DNA of 64,000 nucleotides from Escherichia coli O157:H7 (GCF_013167455.1 NZ_CP038328.1), one strand, 5' to 3'; positions 52,575 to 61,919 are shown, counted from the stretch's first letter. Notes: generated by a model from the sequence alone, not told the origin. Numbers and translations: made by a program.

Positions 52575-52673
52575 TGGCATCTGAATCGATCATGGTTTGG
52601 CATCCATTTCCGATCACTGTTTGGCATCACAATCGATCACGATTTGGCATGCTTCCGCTCATTGATTGGCATC
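52575..52673. repeat. Array of five TGGCAT-containing direct repeats at 22-24 bp spacing, three with CGATCA (GATC) submotifs
   Basis: TGGCAT at 52575, 52598, 52622, 52645 and 52667; units like TTTGGCATCACAATCGATCACGA. Confidence 0.55.
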
Positions 52674-52763
52674 CTGGTGTCGTTACGGGGAAGTCATCTT
52701 CACAGGGATCTTCAGTCAGTTAGCATTACCGACATCCATTCACCAACTTACCGGAGATAATCA

Positions 52764-53093
52764 ATGTCAAAACCCCGATGGACGCTTGATCAGAAAAAAC
52801 ATCACGTTGCCGCATGGCGCGCCAGCGGCCTTACCCGTGAACAGTACTGTGAACTTTACGACATTCCGTTTAAATCCCTGCGCCAGTGGCCGCAGGATGT
52901 CGCAAAAGCCGAAAAACGAGCCAGAGCTCCAGAAATTATTCCTGTTTCAGTATCTGGCTCTTCCGGAATGACTGATGGCAGACCATTGTCGGATGAGCCT
53001 GTCACTCTCTTCCTGCCCGGTGGTATCCGGATGTGCTGCCAGCCTTCTCAGTTAACCGATGTTTTCCGGGCTCTTCGCCATGCTGACGCCTGA
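52764..53093 (+). CDS. IS66-family TnpA-like protein (outer element)
   Basis: 109 aa, HTH-like, precedes tnpB. Confidence 0.65.
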   Translation: MSKPRWTLDQKKHHVAAWRASGLTREQYCELYDIPFKSLRQWPQDVAKAEKRARAPEIIPVSVSGSSGMTDGRPLSDEPVTLFLPGGIRMCCQPSQLTDVFRALRHADA

Positions 53094-53421
53094 TAACGTA
53101 TTCCTGGTCGTAAAACCCGTCGATATGCGCCGGGGTATCGACACACTGACACAGTACGTCCAGAACGAACTTAACGCTGCATGGCATGACGGTGCTGCTT
53201 TTGTCTTCACCAATAAAGTCCGCTCCCGCATAAAAGTTCTCCGGTGGGACAAACATGGCGTATGGCTGTGTACCCGACGACTGCACCGGGGAAGCTTCCG
53301 CTGGCCCCGGAAAGGTGATGCCACATGGCATCTCACACAGGATGAGTTTCACTGGCTGGTCTTTGGGGTTGACTGGCAACAGGTGAAAGGGCATGACCTG
53401 GCAAAATGGGTATACCAGTAA
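53059..53421 (+). CDS. IS66-family TnpB (outer element)
   Basis: 120 aa; same family as the 56008..56358 protein. Confidence 0.75.
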   Translation: MFSGLFAMLTPDNVFLVVKPVDMRRGIDTLTQYVQNELNAAWHDGAAFVFTNKVRSRIKVLRWDKHGVWLCTRRLHRGSFRWPRKGDATWHLTQDEFHWLVFGVDWQQVKGHDLAKWVYQ

Positions 53422-53502
53422 GAACCCGAAGATGCTCAGAGCAACGCAATAACTCAATGAAATATAATGAATATCCATGCGTGATGTCATATAATCCACC
53501 GC

Positions 53503-54333
53503 ATGGATATCTCGCTTCTCAGTACCACCAGTGACCCTGAACAGCTTCGCGCTCTGGCAATTGCCATGGTGCAAAAAGTCATGGCTGAGAATGCAGAACT
53601 TCAGAACCGTATCCGCATCCTGGAAGAGCAGATGAAGCTCGCACGCCAGCAGCGTTTCGGTAAAAAATGCGAATCGCTGGCCGGGATGCAGCGTTCCCTG
53701 TTCGAAGAGGATGTTGACGCGGATATCGCAGAAATCTCGGCGCATCTGGACAAACTGCTTCCTCAGACCGGGGACGAAGAAAAAACAACAACACGTCCTG
53801 TTCGTAAGCCCTTGCCTTCACCTCTTCCCCGTGCTGAAAAGGTTATCCCGCCAGCTGAGGAACGTTGTCCTGACTGTGATGCCCCCCTGCACTTCATTCG
53901 CGATGAAGTCAGCGAGAAGCTGGAATATATTCCGGCACAGGTCGTGGTCAACCGCTATATCCGCCCGCAGTACAGCTGTCCCTGCTGTGAGAAAGTGTTC
54001 AGCGGAAAAATGCCGGCACATATCCTTCCGAAAAGTGCTGTTGAGCCATCGGTCATCGCACAGGTTGTCATCAGCAAATATACCGACCATCTGCCCCTGT
54101 ATCGCCAGCAGCACATTTTCTCCCGAATGGGGGTGGAGCTCCCCGTCAGTACAATGGCGGATATGGTCGGTGTTGCTGGCGCTGCACTGGCCCCGCTGGC
54201 AAAATTGTTACGCCACGAGCTTCTGACACGGGATGTTATTCATGCAGATGAAACGTCCCTGAGGCTCCTTGATACCCGGAAAGGCGGTAAATCCTGCTCC
54301 GGCTGGCTGTGGGCTTACGTCAGCGGAGAAAGA
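53503..54333 (+). pseudogene. IS66-family transposase TnpC, N-terminal part, interrupted at 54334
   Basis: Contains zinc-finger-like CPDC...CPCC and HADET; reading frame runs into the inserted element. Confidence 0.75.
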
Positions 54334-54363
54334 GTAAGCGTCAACGGAGCACCGTATTGACGC

Positions 54364-55977
54364 TTATTTATTGGTGAGTACTACGTTCCATGGCAGGAGT
54401 TCATCAACTCGGTTGGAAGGCCATTCTGGCAGTACGCTCAGGATATGGCGCAGATACGCTTCCGGATCGATACCGTTCAGACGGCAGGTGCCGATCAGCC
54501 CGTACAACAGTGCTCCACGCTCGCCGCCGTGATCGCTGCCAAAGAACATAAAGTTTTTCTTTCCGAGACAGACTGCACGAAGCGCTCTTTCCGCAGCATT
54601 ATTATCCGCCTCCGCCAGACCGTCATCACTGTAATAACAGAGGGCATCCCACTGATTCAGTACATAGCTGCACGCTTCGCCCAGTCTGGATTTTTTCGAC
54701 AGCGTACCATTCTTCTCCACCATCCATTCATGCAGTGACGTCAGTAACACTTTGCTTCGCTGCTGCCTGACGGCAAGACGCTCTGACTCCGGTAATCCCC
54801 GTATTTCATCCTCGATGGCGTACAGTTCACTGATTCGCTTCAGGGCTTCTTCTGCCGTCGCACTTTTGCTGCTGATGTATACATCGTGGATTTTTCGCCG
54901 GGCATGGGCCCAGCACGCAACTTCTGTCAGTGCACCACCTTCACGTTCTGCACTGAACAGCCGATCGTAACCGCTGAACGCATCCGCCTGCAGGATACCC
55001 CGGAAGGGACGAAGGTGTTGTACCGGATGTTTTCCCTGCCTGTCTGGTGAGTAGGCGAACCAGACCGCCGGTGGCTCTGATGAGCCCGCATTCCGGTCAT
55101 CCCGGACATACGTCCAGATGCGTCCTGTTTTTGCCTTTTTTCTGCCCGGTGCCAGCACTTTTACTGGTGTGTCGTCAGTGTGAACCTTGCGGGTGTTCAT
55201 CACGTAACGGTACAGGGTATCATTCAGCAGAGTCATTAACTGACAACATGCGTCAACCCAGTTGGAGAGTAATGCCCGGCTCAGTTCGATGCCCTGGCGG
55301 GCAAAGATTTCACTCTGACGATACAGTGGCAGGTGTTCGCAGTATTTTCCCGTTAACACGCGGGCAAGTAATCCGGAGCCCGCGATGCCGCGCTCTATCG
55401 GGCGGGACGGCGCTGGCGCTTCAACTATACAGTCACATTTTGTACAGGCTTTTTTTACCCGAACAGTGCGGATCACTTTCAGGGCGCTACTCACCAGTTC
55501 CAGCTGCTCAGCACTGACTTCCCCCAGATAATCCAGCTCACTGCCACACTCCGGGCAACAACTTTCTTCAGGCTCCAGACGGTGTATTTCACGGGGAAGA
55601 TGTGCCGGTAACGGACGACGATGACGTGACTGTCGCAACTGGCGGGGAACCTGCGGGTCATCCTCACGCCCACTGTAACGATCGCTTTCCTGTTCGCGTT
55701 GTTTCAGTTGGGCCTCAGCCTGTTCAACCTCACGCTGCAGTTTTTCAGAACGGGTACCGAACAACATCCGGCGCAGTTTTTCTATCTGGGCCCTCAGATG
55801 TTCTATTTCCCGCTCCTCCTCTTCGATCTTTTCCTCGGCACGTGCCAGTGCAGAGCGCAGGAAGGCCTCCGTCTCTTCAACCAGACTCAGTTGCTGATCT
55901 TTCTGACGGAGGGCTTCAGCCTGCTCAGAGAGCAGCCTTTCCAGCTCAGTGATACGAATGAGGTATTTCCGACTCAT
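54364..55977 (-). CDS. IS66-family transposase TnpC
   Basis: 537 aa full-length; coiled-coil N-terminus, zinc-finger CPECG...CTKCDC, DDE region. Confidence 0.9.
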   Translation of the reverse strand: MSRKYLIRITELERLLSEQAEALRQKDQQLSLVEETEAFLRSALARAEEKIEEEEREIEHLRAQIEKLRRMLFGTRSEKLQREVEQAEAQLKQREQESDRYSGREDDPQVPRQLRQSRHRRPLPAHLPREIHRLEPEESCCPECGSELDYLGEVSAEQLELVSSALKVIRTVRVKKACTKCDCIVEAPAPSRPIERGIAGSGLLARVLTGKYCEHLPLYRQSEIFARQGIELSRALLSNWVDACCQLMTLLNDTLYRYVMNTRKVHTDDTPVKVLAPGRKKAKTGRIWTYVRDDRNAGSSEPPAVWFAYSPDRQGKHPVQHLRPFRGILQADAFSGYDRLFSAEREGGALTEVACWAHARRKIHDVYISSKSATAEEALKRISELYAIEDEIRGLPESERLAVRQQRSKVLLTSLHEWMVEKNGTLSKKSRLGEACSYVLNQWDALCYYSDDGLAEADNNAAERALRAVCLGKKNFMFFGSDHGGERGALLYGLIGTCRLNGIDPEAYLRHILSVLPEWPSNRVDELLPWNVVLTNK

Positions 55978-56007
55978 GACCGTTTTTATAATCCGGCCAT
56001 GACATTT

Positions 56008-56358
56008 TTACAACATTGTCAGTGCATTAAGGCGGGATGTTTTGGGCTGACGCCAGTCCAGTTTATCGAGGAGCATTGCCAGCTGCGAGCGGGTAATGGA
56101 TACCTTACCGTCACGCACCGCAGGCCAGATAAACTGGCCTTCCTCCAGACGTTTGGTGAACAGGCACAGACCATCAGCATCAGCCCACAGAATTTTAATC
56201 GTGTCACCCCGTCGGCCGCGAAAGATAAACAGGTGACCGGAGAAGGGGTTCTCATCCAGCACATGTTGTACCTGTTCTCCCAGACCGTTGAAGGATTTAC
56301 GCATATCAGTAACGCCGGCAACCAGCCAGATTCGAGTGCCTGATGGGAGCGAGATCAT
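56008..56358 (-). CDS. IS66-family TnpB
   Basis: 116 aa MISLPSGTRIWLVAGVTDMRKSFNGL... Confidence 0.9.
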   Translation of the reverse strand: MISLPSGTRIWLVAGVTDMRKSFNGLGEQVQHVLDENPFSGHLFIFRGRRGDTIKILWADADGLCLFTKRLEEGQFIWPAVRDGKVSITRSQLAMLLDKLDWRQPKTSRLNALTML

Positions 56359-56780
56359 CGTCCCCTCCCGGTCAGTTCACGGATCAACACCGTGAGCAGC
56401 TCTGGTGAAGGATTTTCCAGCGTCATGTTACCGTGGCGGAACTCAACTTTACAGGAACTGGCACTGACTGTGCTTTGTGAAGGAGTGGATAAAAGCGGAG
56501 TAAGAGCCGCCATAGGCTCTTTCTGCTCATCAGGCGTTATCTCAACAGGTAATAATTCAACGCCAGCGCCAGAAGAGGTTGTTACCGGAAGACGCCGCGA
56601 TATACGCCTTTCGTTCTGCCAGAGCCTGAGCCATTTGAACAGGAGGTTATCATTGATATCGTGTTCCCGGGCAATACGGGCAACAGAGGCTCCTGGTTGT
56701 GAAGCCAGTTTAACCATTTGAAGTTTAAACTCATTTGAAAATGATCTGCGGGGTTCTGAGGATAATATTTTCTGTTCCAT
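56355..56780 (-). CDS. IS66-family TnpA
   Basis: 141 aa, HTH; overlaps tnpB by 4 nt. Confidence 0.9.
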   Translation of the reverse strand: MEQKILSSEPRRSFSNEFKLQMVKLASQPGASVARIAREHDINDNLLFKWLRLWQNERRISRRLPVTTSSGAGVELLPVEITPDEQKEPMAALTPLLSTPSQSTVSASSCKVEFRHGNMTLENPSPELLTVLIRELTGRGR

Positions 56781-56866
56781 AACAGGTGTCCACTAGTTGA
56801 AAAGGTGGGCACCTACGTTACCAATACTGGCTTAATGGCTACATACGGCGGTCAGTTTACGCTTAC

Positions 56867-57585
56867 GAGAAAGAAGCGGTCCGCCGGTCGTCTGTTTTGA
56901 CTCGCAGACCGGACGGGCCCTCAGATATCCTGAGGCCTGGCTGCAGGGCTGGTGTGGCGGTACGCTGGTGAGTGACGGATACAGCGTGTACAAATCTCTG
57001 GCGGATAATGACCCCGGTATTACATCTGCCTGTTGCTGGAGCCACGCAAGGCGCGGTTTCGCAAATCTGTATAAGGCCAGCAGGGAGCCCCGTGCAGCCA
57101 TGGCGCTGAGAAAAATCGCGGGTCTTTATCGCATTGAGAAGTTCATCCGTGAACGTCCTGTGGAAAAAATACGGCAATGGCGACAACGGTATTCCCGGCC
57201 GATAGTGAATGACCTGTTTGCCTGGCCTGAAGAGCAGGAGCCGTGCTGTCCGCCCGACGGACCACTAAACAAAGCGATTAATTATATCCTGAACCGGCGC
57301 GATGAACTGAGCTGCTTCCTGAGTGACGGAGCCGTGCCCCTGGACAACAATATCTGCGAGCGTGCTATCCGCCCGGTGGTCATGGGGCGGAAAGCATGGT
57401 TATTCGCCGGTTCACTGATGGCCGGGAACCGCGCGGCACAGATAATGAGCCTTCTGGAAACGGCAAAACGTAATGGTCTGGAGCCGCATGCCTGGCTGAC
57501 AGACGTTCTGACGCGTCTACCGGAGTGGCCGGAAGACCGACTGGAAGAGTTGCTGCCCCTTGAGGGATTTACCTTCTCCGGGTGA
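56867..57585 (+). pseudogene. IS66-family transposase TnpC, C-terminal part of the interrupted outer element
   Basis: ...CWSHARRGFANLYKA...LDNNICERAIRPVVMGRKAWLFAGS... typical TnpC C-terminal region; ORF track 56968..57585. Confidence 0.7.
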
Positions 57586-57797
57586 GTGATACCTGCCATC
57601 AGGTGTTCGTGCAGCGGGCCATAACCCGCAGTCGGGAGTTGAACGCCTGACGACAGGAAATGAGCCAGAGCAGCGACCACGCGGGCTGACAGTGAGTCAG
57701 AACCTGAATCAGCCCGGAGCCATTCCCGGGGCTGTACTTCATCACCTGCCATCAGTACCCGTGTCAGTACTTCGCGACCTGACGCAATTACCCGACT

Positions 57798-58097
57798 CAG
57801 TTCTTCAGAACCCGCCTCCGATACCAGCCTGGCGGTCGCCCCTGTGCAACAAAATAAATCAACCATCGTCAGACGGTGATCAATCGTATGCGCTGCCAGT
57901 GGCTCGCCTGAAAAATGCGTCAATATGAGTTCGCCGGAACAATACCTCAGTTCTTCAGAACCCGCCTCCGATACCAGCCTGGCGGTCGCCCCGGCGCAAC
58001 AGAATAAATCAACCATCGTCAGACTGCGATCATTCGTATGCATCGCTGATGATGCGCCCGAAAAACGCGTCAATATGAGTTCGCCGGAATATTACTG
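57798..58097. repeat. Tandem duplication (2 x about 150 bp, about 85-90% identical) of a methyltransferase-like 5' gene fragment
   Basis: Copy 1 57798-57947, copy 2 57948-58097; the minus-strand ORF repeats the peptide RLTMVDLFCC(A/T)GATARLVSEAGSEEL. Confidence 0.6.
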
Positions 58098-58804
58098 ACG
58101 ACACGGTTTGTAGTTACGTTCCTTCGGTGAGTGAGTACCTGTGCGTCAGGGTAACGCAATCAGTTCAGGTTTAGCGGGGTGTCAAGTCGGTTTGGCTAAC
58201 CGACCGCAGAATTAACTGTACCTTTAAAGGTCGCCCCCGATATATCTGCCTGTCAGACATATCGCCGATTCGGTATCTCACTACATAAAACTCCTTAAAA
58301 AACAATGCGATTCTGTTGGTACGAAGCTTTCAGTAAGTCAGTCCGGAGAAGCGCCAGTACGATACAGAATGAGGTTGAAAAAAACGTTCACGTCTGGTCA
58401 CTTCTTCAAATGTTAAAAAACATCTCGTAAAGAGCCAGTTTATGCGGGTTCGTTGAGTAGACGTGCGAGCGTCACTTTGTCAGCTTTAACGCTGACGAAA
58501 GTGACGCCCGCACAGCTTCAAACTCCACATGCACACGCAAGCGACCAAATTTCAAATGGTCTTATGCCGTGCGCACAGTCATAAGAAGCGCATGCGGAAA
58601 GTCAGAAAATATCTTAAGACGCAGATTTTAAAGGCGTTTTTATGCCAGTCTGCCGGGAATACACAGTAGTCCGGTTGTCCGGAAGCACCACGGTAATCCG
58701 AAGGAAAAATCAACGTACCTCAATCACCGTAGTGATATCCGTTCCCAGAGGCTAAACGGATGTACCACCATAAAGGCATCCTCTTTCAGGCTACGAGGAT
58801 ATTG

Positions 58805-58896
58805 CAATCACCCGAAGGCGTTTCTCTCAGATTGCTGAAACATTGGCTGGCAGTCACCCGAAGGCGTCCCTCTCAGACTGCTGGAACATTGGCTGG
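58805..58896. repeat. Two tandem 46-bp direct repeats
   Basis: CAATCACCCGAAGGCGTTTCTCTCAGATTGCTGAAACATTGGCTGG then CAGTCACCCGAAGGCGTCCCTCTCAGACTGCTGGAACATTGGCTGG. Confidence 0.6.
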
Positions 58897-59051
58897 TCGC
58901 AAAAGCGACAGTTAATGCAAATACAGGTTAACAAAAAGGGAAATCTGCCGTCAACCCAACCATATGAACATGTTGATTTCATTATGAATGTGATGTTCTA
59001 ATATAAATTAATCAGTAACTTCATAAAAAGAATATAAGAAACAGATAATGC

Positions 59052-59789
59052 ATGTATTTACACACATATCAGCACAATGATAGATTACCACCCCAGAAAC
59101 ACGATAAAGGTATAATTATGGAATTTTCCGTTATTTTTTTCTGGGTTATCACTGGTCTTATTACCATCTTATTCTTAAAATCAATAATAACCGATCTAAT
59201 AAAAAACCTAAACAAAACAGACATAGCGTTATATATATTGGCATTTTTATCAGCCGGATATACATTCCAGTATATTTACAATGACAATATATTTTCAGAA
59301 CTATGGGGAGTTGGCCTGTTTGTTACTCTGATAGTACTGAATATAGTATTTAATCTCTTTTTTAGACTCTTATTCATTCTCTCGAAAATGATATTAATGT
59401 CACGACATATAAGAAAGATGCAAAAAAAACTAAAACAGACGTCTGTGCCTGATTTTATTTATTATTCAATAGAAAAACACAACAAATATCCCATATATGT
59501 ATTACACATGCCATCAAACAATATAATTGAAATAGGCTACAATATAATAAACACCGATCTGGTCATTGGCGAAAAAATTCATTTCAGGACACTAAGCAAT
59601 CGTTCTTTATATTTTAACCTCACCCACCCCCCATTAATCGCCACAATAAAAGATGATGTGTTTTGCACTCTTCATGATTACTATAACCACAATAATGAAA
59701 CGAAATCCACTATTGACAATTACATATCAAAAATAAAGGATAATCATAATACCCCATGGTTATTAAACAACGAAAATGTTCAGGAATAA
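59052..59789 (+). CDS. Hypothetical membrane protein in very AT-rich DNA (alternative start MEFSVIFFWV)
   Basis: 245-aa ORF rich in I/N/K with hydrophobic segments. Confidence 0.4.
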   Translation: MYLHTYQHNDRLPPQKHDKGIIMEFSVIFFWVITGLITILFLKSIITDLIKNLNKTDIALYILAFLSAGYTFQYIYNDNIFSELWGVGLFVTLIVLNIVFNLFFRLLFILSKMILMSRHIRKMQKKLKQTSVPDFIYYSIEKHNKYPIYVLHMPSNNIIEIGYNIINTDLVIGEKIHFRTLSNRSLYFNLTHPPLIATIKDDVFCTLHDYYNHNNETKSTIDNYISKIKDNHNTPWLLNNENVQE

Positions 59790-59834
59790 AAAAAAAGAGA
59801 CAATTCCCGAGATAAAACAAAAGAGCATAAACAT

Positions 59835-60176
59835 ATGAACCGGAAATTCTATTTCAAAAATATCCTGTGGGGAATGTGCCCCATTATAATATCCATATTG
59901 CATCTGATATATGACACACCAACAGAAGCATCGATAAAAGTTGACTTATTTCTGATACTCAGTGGCCTGGCCCTTCCTTGTTCAATATACCTGACAAAAA
60001 CAATCACACTAAAATACACATCCATATCATTCTGGAAAAAACCTCTTTTCTGGTCTTATGGTATATATCATTTTCATCTTGTTTATATAATGATATGTAT
60101 AGTTTTAGCAATACCTTCTGCAATTATCGTTTTATTCTTTCACTTTTATCAAAACATCACCAGAAACTGGAAGTGA
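59835..60176 (+). CDS. Hypothetical membrane protein in AT-rich DNA
   Basis: 113 aa with about three hydrophobic segments. Confidence 0.4.
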   Translation: MNRKFYFKNILWGMCPIIISILHLIYDTPTEASIKVDLFLILSGLALPCSIYLTKTITLKYTSISFWKKPLFWSYGIYHFHLVYIMICIVLAIPSAIIVLFFHFYQNITRNWK

Positions 60177-60660
60177 CAACCGCAATAATGAACATAAAAA
60201 GGCAAATCAGAATGGCAGTAAATCAATAAAGTACCATTTCATATGAATCATCAGAAAAACGGTGGACGCGACATCCAGCACGAGGCAAAACACAGCAACA
60301 AAATAAGCCGGATATCGCGCCCTGTACTTTTCTAACTCAACTCCCGGCATTGTGCAAGTTTTAATCGCAGGTGGATTCAGAGCCACGCCCCCATTGATTC
60401 AGCCTGAAGACACGTATATCCTTGGAGAAAGCAGGAATCTCATTGCTGTGAAATTCCTTACAGAATCTTCAGCCCCATTTTATGGGGCTTTTTTTGGTGC
60501 CCCCACGCTGTTACCACACTTTCGGGATGCGAATAAAAAAGCCCACAGTTTTTACACTGCGGACTTTTGTTTTTTCTTTGTGATTTGTGTGCAAGGGTGC
60601 GACTTTCGACCGAACCTTTGGCAACCGGATAGCGGGGACTGTTGTCCCCGCTGCGGTTTC

Positions 60661-60801
60661 TTACGGTTTACACTGCAAGAACGCCGCAATTTCCGACCAC
60701 ATGAAGCTTACCCTGAATTCACACGGTGATGCGTGTAACACCCAGACGGTCAGCAACATGGTCAGGCATAACATGCCCACAATGATCGTTTTTTGCGGCA
60801 T
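60661..60801 (-). CDS. Hok/Gef-family type I toxin-like small protein (46 aa), below the ORF-track size cutoff
   Basis: Minus-strand translation MPQKTIIVGMLCLTMLLTVWVLHASPCEFRVSFMWSEIAAFLQCKP; AAGGAG 8 nt upstream of the ATG; resembles HokA (MPQK...CE...AAFL.CK). Confidence 0.5.
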   Translation of the reverse strand: MPQKTIIVGMLCLTMLLTVWVLHASPCEFRVSFMWSEIAAFLQCKP

Positions 60802-61102
60802 AGCACTTGCTCCTTTTACAGAGAGGCGCTAACCTTCCACTTGCTGAAGGTAGATGGTCAGGGCCTCGGGTTAACGTTTAAGTTGACTCGGGGCCTTTCC
60901 ACATCCGGCCTTCAGGTAATCCTTCCAGCCGTCAGCCGAAAGGCACCCGCGCGTAATGTACTGGTTTTCAGAGAGGTCCGCAATCTTCCGGTGACGAGAT
61001 CATCTGCACACGCCCCGGTGGGACGGGCTAACGGTATATTCAGGTGCAGGATCTCTCTGTCTGGTGCGTTTTTAAATTGTCAAACGCACCCTGGCGGCAA
61101 AA

Positions 61103-61366
61103 TCAGCCACCTTTTTTCGCATCAACAAAACGCCCAAAACGCTGGGTAAAGCGTGCAACATTACCTTCTGAAGCGACAGTTCTCAGTTTACCTGTATAAA
61201 ACGGATGCGACTTAGAAGAAACGTCAATTGTAACATATGGGTAAGTTACACCATCCAGTTCAATTACCCGGTCAGTTTTGATCGTCGAACCGATCCTGAA
61301 GTACTCATCAATACTGGTATCGTGAAATACTACTGTACGGTATTCCGGATGGATATTCGGTTTCAC
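61103..61366 (-). CDS. 50S ribosomal protein L31 type B (YkgM/RpmE2 family) paralog
   Basis: 87 aa [18 protein letters not shown]...[30 protein letters not shown], lacks the zinc-ribbon cysteines of L31A. Confidence 0.8.
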   Translation of the reverse strand: MKPNIHPEYRTVVFHDTSIDEYFRIGSTIKTDRVIELDGVTYPYVTIDVSSKSHPFYTGKLRTVASEGNVARFTQRFGRFVDAKKGG

Positions 61367-61790
61367 AACAGTTTTCCCCCTTTAAGTGAAAATTCCGCAT
61401 AAAGGTACATATTCAGACGGTCAGATTCAACTGTCTGTTCTTATAACCTCACTCTCTTTCAGTATTACAATATGTTATATAATTATAAACTGGACTTCCC
61501 GAAAAAATCCATTAAATAAGAAGCGAGCCGTTGCGGAGGCTTGCTCTCTCCTTTAACCTCATGTGCAATATCCGTAACGCGCTCACATAAATCATCATCT
61601 GATAATATAACAACACCCATTATTTTATTCTGACCTAAAAACTTCTTATGAAATAAACGTTTACCCGACGTATCTGATCCCGCTGTTTTTACCTGTATCC
61701 TTTAACATACTTGAGAAGCCCGCTGAAAAAATATACCGTAAAGGCGGTTTCTCTGTCTTCCATAAACCTGTCGGATAAGAAGGGCATTAA

Positions 61791-61919
61791 ATGAAAACCA
61801 AAAAAGTTATGATGATTGCACTGGTCAGCTCTGCGCTGGCTCTTTCAGGATGTGGAGCCATGGGCACAGCGATCAAAAAACGAAATCTGGAAGTAAAAAC
61901 CCAGATGAGTGAAACCTGA
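61791..61919 (+). CDS. Small predicted lipoprotein (42 aa)
   Basis: [42 protein letters not shown] with lipobox LSGC. Confidence 0.35.
   Translation: MKTKKVMMIALVSSALALSGCGAMGTAIKKRNLEVKTQMSET

Larger units (their letters stand above)
54334..56866 (-). mobile_element. Intact IS66-family insertion sequence (2533 bp) with 8-bp target site duplication GAGAAAGA
   Basis: Imperfect inverted repeats GTAAGCGTCAACGGAGCACCGTATTGAC (54334-) and GTAAGCGTAAACTGACCGCCGTATGTAGCC (complement, ending 56866); GAGAAAGA at 54326-54333 and 56867-56874. Confidence 0.85.
52700..57640 (+). mobile_element. IS66-family element (tnpA, tnpB, tnpC) disrupted by insertion of a second IS66-family element; ends not defined
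   Basis: Three-ORF IS66 organisation at 52764-54333 resuming at 56867-57585; boundaries approximate because terminal repeats were not recognised. Confidence 0.5.

Noticed and set aside
57282-58073. 263-aa minus-strand ORF
   Set aside because: It runs through the 2 x 150-bp tandem duplication and into the IS66-family transposase region on the opposite strand; the repeated peptide indicates a fused pseudogene fragment, not a gene.
60793-61149. 118-aa plus-strand ORF, and a search for an L36 type B (rpmJ2/ykgO) gene downstream of the L31B paralog
   Set aside because: No frame in 60802-61102 yields an L36-like peptide (no CxxC...C..H pattern); the plus-strand ORF overlaps the putative hok leader and has no recognisable features.
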